Assembly: GCA_049974095.1 (NCBI GenBank) | Contig: JBMFJD010000001.1 | Coordinates: 81,508-113,507, forward strand | From: Nanopusillaceae archaeon | Lineage (GTDB): Archaea; Nanobdellota; Nanobdellia; Nanobdellales; Nanobdellaceae | DNA length: 32,000 nt | Direction: 5' to 3' | The notes under the pieces: model-generated | The model's database searches: none | The model's input: the letters and a program-made list of their open reading frames with translations, nothing else | What the model was told of the DNA's origin: nothing | Position numbers and translations under genes: made by a program | In this document: in pieces, positions 25,102 to 32,000 of the stretch | Position numbering within the stretch: position 1 is the stretch's first letter | Layout of the letters: each line of letters begins with the position of its first letter

Positions 25102-25416
25102 ATGTCAATGATAAGGATCAAAATGTGGAGTACAGATTTAAAAACATTAAATCAATTTACTGAACAATTATTAAAGATTATTGAACAATTAGGTATTGAA
25201 AAGAGAGGACCTGTAAATTTACCAACAAAAGTAATTAGGGTACCAACAATGAGAACTTTGGGAAAAAGAGGTACAAAAATATATGAAACATATCAATTAA
25301 GAGTTTATAGAAGATTTATTGATGTTGCAAATGATGAAAGATTTTTCAAAAATTATTTTATAAATATGCAGATACCATCCAGAGGATTTAGAATTTCTCT
25401 AAAGATTTTGAAATAA
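25102..25416 (+). CDS. rps10: Ribosomal protein uS10
   Basis: IRIKMWSTDLKTLNQFTEQLL...RGPVNLPTKVIRVPTMRT...YETYQLRVYRRFIDV. 104 aa. Confidence 0.85.
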   Translation: MSMIRIKMWSTDLKTLNQFTEQLLKIIEQLGIEKRGPVNLPTKVIRVPTMRTLGKRGTKIYETYQLRVYRRFIDVANDERFFKNYFINMQIPSRGFRISLKILK

Positions 25417-25420
25417 TTCC

Positions 25421-25430
25421 TTATAAATAT
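25421..25430 (+). promoter_or_regulatory. TATA box for nop5-flpA
   Basis: ttataaatat begins 28 nt upstream of ATG 25449. Confidence 0.45.
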
Positions 25431-25448
25431 TTTTGATATATTTCTTTT

Positions 25449-26432
25449 ATGAGATATTTATTGTTAAGATATAACGGATTATATGTATTTGATGAAAATT
25501 TACAAAATTATGAATTTAAAAAAATAGAATTTAATATTGAAGAATTAAAGGAAATAGGCAAAAATAAATTACCCGATAAAGTAAAAGAATTAATAAATAA
25601 AGATGATGTATTTGTTGGACAAAAATTTGAAGGATATAATTATATAGAAGATAAAGAAATAATAAGAAAAGTATTAGAAAAGGTAAAAGAGGAAATAAAT
25701 AATGAATTATTTATAAATTTATTAAAAGAACAGATTTCAGATTCTGTAAGTAGAGATGAATTAATTATTCAAGCAATTAATTTTTTAGATGATTTAAATA
25801 AAGCAATAAATTTATTTGTTGAAAGATTTAGGGAATGGTACGGATTATATTTACCAGAAATTTCGCAAGAAATAGAAGATCATGAGAAATTTATAAAAAC
25901 AATTGTTGATAAGAAAAGGGAAGAATTAATGGAAAAATATAATATAAATAATACAATGGGAGGAAAAATATTTATAGATGGAGATTTTGAAATAATAAAC
26001 GATATTGCAAATAGGATAAAGGATCTATATAATTTAAGAAAAAAGATTGAAAATTATATAGAAGAATTAATGAAAGATGTTGCACCAAATTTATCAGAGA
26101 TTGCAACTCCAAATATTGGTGCAAGATTAATTGCATTAGCTGGTGGATTAAAGGAATTATCATTATTACCTTCTTCAACTATACAAGTTTTAGGTGCAGA
26201 AAAAGCATTGTTTTTACATTTAACAAAAGGAATAAAACCACCAAAGCATGGAGTTATATTTAATCATCCATATTTACAAAAATTACCACCAAAGAAAAAA
26301 GGATCAATGGCAAGAACATTGGCATCAAAGATTGCAATTGCTGCAAGGGTTGATTCAACAGATAAGAAAATAATGTATGATAGATTAAAGAAAGAGCTTG
26401 AAGAAAGATTTAATGAATTATCTCAAAAATGA
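25449..26432 (+). CDS. nop5: Nop5 (Nop56/58) C/D box sRNP core protein
   Basis: Nop domain: [48 protein letters not shown]...[13 protein letters not shown]. Confidence 0.9.
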   Translation: MRYLLLRYNGLYVFDENLQNYEFKKIEFNIEELKEIGKNKLPDKVKELINKDDVFVGQKFEGYNYIEDKEIIRKVLEKVKEEINNELFINLLKEQISDSVSRDELIIQAINFLDDLNKAINLFVERFREWYGLYLPEISQEIEDHEKFIKTIVDKKREELMEKYNINNTMGGKIFIDGDFEIINDIANRIKDLYNLRKKIENYIEELMKDVAPNLSEIATPNIGARLIALAGGLKELSLLPSSTIQVLGAEKALFLHLTKGIKPPKHGVIFNHPYLQKLPPKKKGSMARTLASKIAIAARVDSTDKKIMYDRLKKELEERFNELSQK

Positions 26433-27103
26433 AGCTAAAACAATTAAAAGAAAATAAGAGGATTTTTATTGATGAAAAAGGAAGATTATATACAAAAAAT
26501 TTAGTACCTGGAAAGAGAGTATATGAAGAAAGATTAGTAAAATATAATGGAGAAGAATATAGAGAATGGATTTCAGATAGATCAAAATTAGCTGCTGCTA
26601 TTAAGAAAAATATTGGAGAAGTACCAATAAATGAAGGAGATAAAATATTATATTTAGGAATTGCTGCAGGTACAACAGCTTCTCATGTTTCAGATATAAT
26701 TGGAGAAAAAGGAATAATATATGGTATAGATGTTGCTCCAAGGATATTGAGAGAATTAGTTCCAATATTATATGATAGGAAAAATATGGTTGGAATATTG
26801 GTAGATGCTGATAAACCAGAAAGTTATTTACATATTGTTACAAAAGTTGATGTATTATATCAAGATGTTGCACAACCACATCAGGTTAAAATATTTATTA
26901 AAAATATAGATTATTATTTGAAAAACAATGGATATGCATTCTTAGCGGTTAAAGCAAGATCTATTGATGTATCAAAAGAACCAAAAGTTATATTTAATGA
27001 AGTAAGGAAAGAATTAGAAGATTATAGATTAAAAATATTAAAAGAAGTAAGATTGGATCCATATCATAAAGATCATGCAATGTTTTTAGTTAGAAATAAA
27101 TAA
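26429..27103 (+). CDS. flpA: Fibrillarin (rRNA/tRNA 2'-O-methyltransferase)
   Basis: [15 protein letters not shown], the SAM motif [18 protein letters not shown], and DVAQP. ATGA overlap with nop5. Confidence 0.92.
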   Translation: MKLKQLKENKRIFIDEKGRLYTKNLVPGKRVYEERLVKYNGEEYREWISDRSKLAAAIKKNIGEVPINEGDKILYLGIAAGTTASHVSDIIGEKGIIYGIDVAPRILRELVPILYDRKNMVGILVDADKPESYLHIVTKVDVLYQDVAQPHQVKIFIKNIDYYLKNNGYAFLAVKARSIDVSKEPKVIFNEVRKELEDYRLKILKEVRLDPYHKDHAMFLVRNK

Positions 27104-27313
27104 TTTTTTATATCTTTAAGATAATTATTTATTGCCAATATATTATTGAAAAGTAGTATTTTTTATAAATATTTCTATCTTTGTTTATCTATTCATTTAT
27201 AAATATTATATATAAATTTTTATCTTCCTTTTTGTGCGTCATATATATTACTTTGATAAATATAGGTTTTACTATAAAATGATTTTTAAGGATATCTATA
27301 ATTTTATTTTAAA

Positions 27314-27598
27314 ATGCTAAGAGCAATTAGGAAAATTGGGAGGGATAATAAAAAAATATTTATTTGTCCATTATGTGGACATGTATTTGTAGATAGCAAA
27401 AAATATACTAGACATTTAATTAAATCTCATTTAAGAAATTCAACAACTAATAAGAGAAAAATGCAGAAAATGATGAAGAGATTATTAATAATAAAAATAA
27501 AGGAAGAAAATAATGTTCCATTGGATAAATATGAAAAATATATGAAATTAAAATCGAAATTTAATAATATAAAAATTAGAATAAATTTTCTAAACTAG
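27314..27598 (+). CDS. Small basic protein with one classical C2H2 zinc finger
   Basis: FICPLCGHVFVDSKKYTRHLIKSH fits F-x-C-x2-C-x3-F-x5-Y-x2-H-x4-H. The rest is K/R-rich. Flanked by 210-nt and 256-nt spacers. Confidence 0.5.
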   Translation: MLRAIRKIGRDNKKIFICPLCGHVFVDSKKYTRHLIKSHLRNSTTNKRKMQKMMKRLLIIKIKEENNVPLDKYEKYMKLKSKFNNIKIRINFLN

Positions 27599-27854
27599 TT
27601 TTATTTAATAATTGTAAAAAATACAAATAAGATTTTTTGAAATTTAAAGAAATTAAAATAATTCCTTTATGAAAATAGTATTAAATATTCTTAATGATAT
27701 TTACAAATAATGTATTGATAATGCGAAATTTTAACAAAGTTAATATTATATATAAACTTTAACTCATCATTAAGGTATACAGAAGTTTTTAGTAAAGGAT
27801 GTTAACATATATTATTTAGAAAATGAGAAATTAAAAAATATTTTATGGAAATTA

Positions 27855-28394
27855 TTATATAGTAAATAGCTTAATTTTTTCTTTTCCAGATAATTCTTGT
27901 ATTATTCTTTGATAAATTATGTTTTCAACTTTTCCAATACCCTTTACTCTTTTTTCTATATCTTCAAATGATTCAAATGGTTTTTTCTGTCTTTCTTCAA
28001 TTATTTTTTGTGCAGTTACTTTTCCAATATTTGGTAATAATTCTAAAGTATGTATCTTTATATTTAATGGTCCTGCTTTATTGAAAAACTCTACATATTT
28101 CTTTTCATTTTTCTTTATTAAATCTTTTATTACTCTTTCTAGATTTGCTTTTGCAATTTCTGGTAAATCATCTATTCCAACCCTTTTTAATATAGATCTA
28201 ACCTTTAGTCTTTGTCCTTCGCCTACATATAATTCCTCAAATAAATTAACAGTAACTCCAGGTTTTAATGTTAATAATAATAATGTAAAATAATCTTTAC
28301 CTATTGCATATACTACAGGCTCTTTAATATTTTTTGTTGGATCTCCAGCTGGCAAATATGCTAATACAATTGCATATTCTTCTTTTCTATTCAT
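27855..28394 (-). CDS. DUF655 family protein (OB-like N-domain plus helix-hairpin-helix)
   Basis: EEYAIVLAYLPAGDP...YAIGKDYFTLLLLTLKPGV...FFNKAGPLNIKIHTLELLPNIGKVTAQKIIEER..PFESFEDIEKRV. Overlaps the rpoF stop by 8 nt, the arrangement conserved in archaea. Confidence 0.75.
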   Translation of the reverse strand: MNRKEEYAIVLAYLPAGDPTKNIKEPVVYAIGKDYFTLLLLTLKPGVTVNLFEELYVGEGQRLKVRSILKRVGIDDLPEIAKANLERVIKDLIKKNEKKYVEFFNKAGPLNIKIHTLELLPNIGKVTAQKIIEERQKKPFESFEDIEKRVKGIGKVENIIYQRIIQELSGKEKIKLFTI

Positions 28395-28704
28395 ATTTCT
28401 TCAATATTTCTAATATTTTTTCTATATCTTCTTTTGCCAATGTATTTGTATATAATACATGTCTTAATTCTTCTTCATTTTTTGGTAAAATTGTTAATAT
28501 TTGTATTTTTACTTCATCAGGTAATTTTATATCTTTTAATTGTTCCAATATTTCTTTTTCCTGATTTTCATCCAGTTTATAAGTATTTTCAAGGAATTTT
28601 AATGTTCTTTCTTCAACATAAGATAATTCTCTTTTCTTTTTAATTTCTTCCAATATTTTTTTAACATATCCTGGAGTAACTAATTTCTTTTCGCCTACTT
28701 CCAT
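28387..28704 (-). CDS. rpoF: RNA polymerase subunit Rpo4 (RpoF)
   Basis: 105 aa, helical. VKKILEEIKKKRELSYVEERTLKFLENTYKL..., LPDEVKIQILTILPKNEEELRHVL. Sits upstream of DUF655 and next to eL21. Confidence 0.7.
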   Translation of the reverse strand: MEVGEKKLVTPGYVKKILEEIKKKRELSYVEERTLKFLENTYKLDENQEKEILEQLKDIKLPDEVKIQILTILPKNEEELRHVLYTNTLAKEDIEKILEILKKYE

Positions 28705-28757
28705 TTATATATTTTACTAAATATTATTTAAAAATATATCATAAAGATTTAATTTTA

Positions 28758-29096
28758 ATGACTGCAAGGAAAGGAAAGGGATCTAGGAGGAAAACTAGGG
28801 ATAAATTATCCTTAAATATTAGAGAACATGGTAAAATAAAAATTAGTAAAATATTAGAAAAATATGATATTGGAGAAAAAGTTGTAATAAAAATAAATCC
28901 TTCATTTCATGAAGGAATTCCACATCCAAAATATCATGGATTTATTGGAATTGTTAAAAATAAAAGAGGAGATTGTTATGAAATAATTGTAAATGATAAA
29001 GGAAAAGAAAAAATATTAATTGTACATCCTGCACATTTAGAAAAATTTAAGGAAGGAGTTTCTTCTGAAGTTCAGGTTTCCCAACAATCTCAATAA
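28758..29096 (+). CDS. rpl21e: Ribosomal protein eL21
   Basis: MTARKGKGSRRKTRDKL..., GEKVVIKINPSFHEGIPHPKYHGFIGIVKNKRGDCYEI...VHPAHLEK. Confidence 0.9.
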   Translation: MTARKGKGSRRKTRDKLSLNIREHGKIKISKILEKYDIGEKVVIKINPSFHEGIPHPKYHGFIGIVKNKRGDCYEIIVNDKGKEKILIVHPAHLEKFKEGVSSEVQVSQQSQ

Positions 29097-29592
29097 TTTT
29101 ATCTCTTATTTTAATTATATCCTCTTTTTTTAATAAAGGAATTTCAATTGTTAAATTAATATTTTTATTTATTAACAAAGTACTTGTATAAATTTTTATA
29201 GAATATAAATTCCTTATTTTTTCATAAATATTTTGGGAGATTTCAACATTGTATATATCTTCTTTTTGAATTGAATAATAATTTTCATTTATTATTTGGA
29301 TCAATCTTTTATTAGTAAAAACAATAAAATAATTTTTTACTTTATTATAATATGAAATAGATAAAGAAATTATTAGGGAAGTTATAAATATTAATAAAAT
29401 AAAAGATATTAAATTTGGATTATAGTATGTTGAAATAATAAAAGAAATAATATATATAATAAATAAAAAATATAAAAAGAAAGAGCTTCTAATTGTATAT
29501 TGTATTGGATCAAAATTTATCATAAAAATTGGTTCTTCATTTTCTTCTAATTTTATTCTTTCTCTTATTTTTTCTTTATCATATTCAATCAT
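29047..29592 (-). CDS. Membrane protein with bacterial-PH (bPH_2/DUF304-like) domain
   Basis: Two adjacent TM helices followed by YFIVFTNKRLIQI...IQKEDIYNVEISQNIYEKIRNLYSIKIYT, the YdbT-like membrane-flanked PH pattern. Confidence 0.5.
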   Translation of the reverse strand: MIEYDKEKIRERIKLEENEEPIFMINFDPIQYTIRSSFFLYFLFIIYIISFIISTYYNPNLISFILLIFITSLIISLSISYYNKVKNYFIVFTNKRLIQIINENYYSIQKEDIYNVEISQNIYEKIRNLYSIKIYTSTLLINKNINLTIEIPLLKKEDIIKIRDKIIEIVGKPELQKKLLP

Positions 29593-29629
29593 AAAATATC
29601 CTTTTAAAAATTATTTTAATAATCTTTCT

Positions 29630-30115
29630 ATGGGCAAATTAAACAAATATTGGTTAACATTATTTCTAATATTCTCAATTATTGGTATATTTTCTTCATC
29701 TATAGTATTATATATATATTATTATTTACATATAGCTCCTCCATTATGTACAAATATATCATCACCATTTCCTGGAGTAACAATTGATTGTATAAAAGTA
29801 TTATCTAGTAAATATGCAGAATTATTTGATGAACCATTGGATTTTTTGGCAATTATTTGGTTTATAATAAATATAATTTTAGTTTTAATTTACAATTATA
29901 GTAGAAATTATGATAAAATTATATTTAGATTTTTAATGTATTGGAGATTTATCGGTTTATTGATTATTCCTTATTTAATTTATATAGAATTCTTTATATT
30001 AAAGGCAGTATGTTTATATTGTACAATAATGCATATTATGATAATTGCAGATTTTATTGTTGTAACATATTATTCATATAAAAATAAATTGGGAATATTA
30101 TTGCCAAAAATTTAA
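29630..30115 (+). CDS. Vitamin K epoxide reductase (VKOR) family membrane oxidoreductase
   Basis: Loop cysteines PPLC...IDCIKVLSSKYAELFDEPL (the C..V..S.YA hallmark), and a CxxC inside the last TM region (VCLYCTIMHI). 4-5 TM helices. Confidence 0.8.
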   Translation: MGKLNKYWLTLFLIFSIIGIFSSSIVLYIYYYLHIAPPLCTNISSPFPGVTIDCIKVLSSKYAELFDEPLDFLAIIWFIINIILVLIYNYSRNYDKIIFRFLMYWRFIGLLIIPYLIYIEFFILKAVCLYCTIMHIMIIADFIVVTYYSYKNKLGILLPKI

Positions 30116-30147
30116 AATTTATATTTTTCAATGTTTTTTTCTATATA

Positions 30148-30336
30148 ATGAAAAATGATATATCAATTGATACATTAATAATAATAATAATCGCAATAAT
30201 ATTGTTAATATTAGCTATTGTTTTTGTTTTTGGAATATATAAAGGAGGAGCAAATGCATCAAATCAATCATTTAATTTTATTAACGGTAGTTTGAATAAT
30301 TTGACAAATCAGTCTATTCCTCAGGTAATACAATGA
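30148..30336 (+). CDS. Mini type IV pilin-like protein, paralog C
   Basis: MKNDISIDTLIIIIIAIILLILAIVFVFGIYKGG, then a sequon-rich tail (NAS, NQS, NGS, NLT, NQS). Its TGA overlaps the ATG of the next ORF (ATGA). Confidence 0.45.
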   Translation: MKNDISIDTLIIIIIAIILLILAIVFVFGIYKGGANASNQSFNFINGSLNNLTNQSIPQVIQ

Positions 30337-32000
30337 AAAATCAATTAGGAAAATTTGTAAATTTCTTATATTATCTTGCAATTTTTATTATTATATTATC
30401 TGGAGTTTTCTTCATTTTATCTTCAATATTTAAATTTCATTATAACATGTATAACTTTGTTCAATCTTCTCCATCTACTTTAAATCAAAATACAAATAGT
30501 AATAACAATACTCAGAACTATAATTATATAAATTCAACAATAATTGTTTTTATATATTATCAACTTGGAAATTCAATATTCTTCTACAATAATTTACCAG
30601 GAAATATACAATATATAATTAATAATACTTATTATGGTACTTCAGGTAATTCACAAATTAGTGAACCATCTCCTCAACAGATTATAAATAATACACAAAA
30701 CATATATTATGTTCAATCTATAGCAAATATAAATGTACAATTAGAATCATCAATAAATTTAACAAATAATTCATATATTGGAAATCAAGTTAGTGACGAA
30801 AATGGAGATGTTTGTTCTGTTGAAGGATCTCAAGAAGAGCCATATAGTCCTGGAGATACCATATTTTTCTGTATATTATGTAATATTAACAATAATAATG
30901 TAGGATATTATTATATAAGTTCACCTGAGCAAATAAATATTACACCGGCTATTTCTCTATTAAATGGTTTTCCAAATACTCAACGTTATAATTATACAGT
31001 CACAATATATTTAATTAATGAAACAGTTGGGACAGTTACATTATCAGTTCCTGGATCATATACAATGGATAATTTTCAAACAGTTTTATTTAGAATAGAT
31101 TATCCATTTAATCAATATGTAAATCCTGATGGATCAAATGTTATATTTTTTGTACAGAATCCATATAATGGGAAATATTATGCATTACCATCTTGGTATG
31201 CTGGAGAAATAAATGGAAGCTATTATTTCTTTGTAAATTTATTAAATTTCTCAGAAATATATGAAAGTAGTTTAGGAAATATTGGATGTTCTTATTTACC
31301 AGTATTTATTGGATTTACAGATCAGAGTTTATATTCAATATTAAATGGAACTGTTGGAGGAGATCCATATGCAATAAATCCATTTGATCCTGGAAGCGTT
31401 GTAATGTATGATAATGGACCAAATGTATTTCCAATTTATGTTAATCTCTATCCTTATAGTAATTCTAATGGTAATATTGTAAATGATTTTGTAGATGGGT
31501 ACTATAATAGTTCTTCAAGTACTTACATACTTTACTATGATAATCTTTGGCAAAATCTTGGAATCTTGTCAACTTATAATCCATGGATTATATATTATCC
31601 AAATCCTCCATTTACAGGAGATCAGTGGATTAGTTCTAATGGTCAAATGGAAGGATTAGAAATGGTGAATGGAGAAAATCAAGGAAATTATATTTTAATT
31701 AATTCAACATTGTTAAATTATTTTTTGGAAACAATAAATAGCCAAAATGGAAATGGATTAAATATTTTTACATATTTTTCTGGAATTCCATGGTATGACA
31801 GCAACGCACATGTTAAACCATTAGTTTCAGCTGCGGTTACTCTTTCATACGTAGCTGGAAATCCAGGTACAGATAATGCAGGTGATATACTCAACGTTGG
31901 AGGAAATACTTGTTTACCATTAGATTATCCTATAGTTATGTTTGAATATGGATGGGCTGATTGTTTGTCGGGGCCAGGGCCGGGATGTAGTTCTGGATAT
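30333..32000 (+). CDS. Large N-glycosylation-rich secreted/surface protein, 3' end beyond the window (not in ORF track)
   Basis: Own translation is open for 556 codons to the window edge. N-terminus is MKNQLGKFVNFLYYLAIFIIILSGVFFIL. The rest is N/Y/S/Q/G-rich, almost Lys-free, with many N-x-S/T sites and several Cys pairs. The segment NPDGSNVIFFVQNPYNGKYYALPSWYAGEINGSYYFFVNL resembles DUF2341-type surface domains. Confidence 0.6.
   Translation, partial: MKNQLGKFVNFLYYLAIFIIILSGVFFILSSIFKFHYNMYNFVQSSPSTLNQNTNSNNNTQNYNYINSTIIVFIYYQLGNSIFFYNNLPGNIQYIINNTYYGTSGNSQISEPSPQQIINNTQNIYYVQSIANINVQLESSINLTNNSYIGNQVSDENGDVCSVEGSQEEPYSPGDTIFFCILCNINNNNVGYYYISSPEQINITPAISLLNGFPNTQRYNYTVTIYLINETVGTVTLSVPGSYTMDNFQTVLFRIDYPFNQYVNPDGSNVIFFVQNPYNGKYYALPSWYAGEINGSYYFFVNLLNFSEIYESSLGNIGCSYLPVFIGFTDQSLYSILNGTVGGDPYAINPFDPGSVVMYDNGPNVFPIYVNLYPYSNSNGNIVNDFVDGYYNSSSSTYILYYDNLWQNLGILSTYNPWIIYYPNPPFTGDQWISSNGQMEGLEMVNGENQGNYILINSTLLNYFLETINSQNGNGLNIFTYFSGIPWYDSNAHVKPLVSAAVTLSYVAGNPGTDNAGDILNVGGNTCLPLDYPIVMFEYGWADCLSGPGPGCSSGY

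Noticed and set aside
27104-27313. Search for C/D box sRNAs near nop5/flpA and in other spacers (22415-22546, 27599-27854)
   Set aside because: No RUGAUGA plus CUGA pair at appropriate spacing. The only good TGATGA matches I noted lie inside coding sequences (16.9-17.1 kb, 21.2 kb, 27.47 kb) without a D box downstream.
27919-28643. Plus-strand track ORFs 27919..28293, 28334..28564, 28434..28643
   Set aside because: They are antisense to the DUF655 and rpoF genes, which are supported by conserved motifs and conserved gene order.
29047-29096. 50-nt convergent overlap between the eL21 3' end and the bPH membrane gene 3' end
   Set aside because: The eL21 tail (FKEGVSSEVQVSQQSQ) lies beyond the conserved core. 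The overlap is probably a harmless extension of one or both ORFs, not a regulatory feature. No further signal seen.
31961-32000. Local GC spike (tcggggccagggccgggatg) at the window edge: start of a tRNA or other structured RNA?
   Set aside because: It does not fit a tRNA 5' half (no U8/A14 geometry). It stays in frame with the surface-protein ORF, encoding a plausible Gly/Pro/Cys linker (CLSGPGPGC). It cannot be resolved without downstream sequence.
1-32000. CRISPR arrays, IS elements or transposases, integrases, toxin-antitoxin or restriction-modification genes, rRNA
   Set aside because: No regularly spaced direct repeats, no terminal inverted repeats, and no ORFs with recognisable nuclease, integrase or transposase motifs on either strand.

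Overview
This window is very AT-rich (about one quarter G+C by eye) and densely packed. It is clearly archaeal, and about 90% of it is housekeeping information-processing genes. These are ABCE1, a type IA topoisomerase, thymidylate kinase, aCPSF1/FttA, proteasome beta, TBP, IleRS, aEF-1alpha, MCM, aIF-2beta, aIF-1A, ArgRS, uS10, Nop5, fibrillarin, Rpo4/F, a DUF655 protein and eL21. There are also two very GC-rich tRNAs, tRNA-Ile(UAU) with a 16-nt intron and tRNA-Trp(CCA). Several features together suggest a small-genome thermophilic DPANN or Nanoarchaeota-like symbiont; this is inference only. They are the K/I/E/Y-rich proteome, all-G:C tRNA stems, a UAU isoleucine tRNA, scattered ribosomal operons, shortened proteins and TATA boxes about 30 nt from start codons. 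The less ordinary content is extracytoplasmic. A VKOR gene is followed by a 62-aa pilin-like gene whose stop overlaps the start of a >556-aa, Lys-poor, N/Y/S-rich, Cys-bearing surface protein that runs off the window. Two more mini-pilin paralogs sit in tandem at 22.7-23.1 kb, and a CPYC DsbA-like ectoprotein lies at 14.9 kb. Other items worth a second look:
- a membrane-protein gene interrupted at a TTT-TAG +1 slip site
- a 39-aa acidic Trp-rich microprotein upstream of aIF-1A
- an OB-fold plus winged-helix ORF whose start overlaps the MCM stop
- an APC-permease/methyltransferase fusion
- an NFACT-N-only Rqc2 fragment
- a classical C2H2 zinc-finger ORF flanked by unusually long spacers
I saw no CRISPR array, transposon or rRNA. 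All functional calls come from motif recognition by eye, not from database searches.
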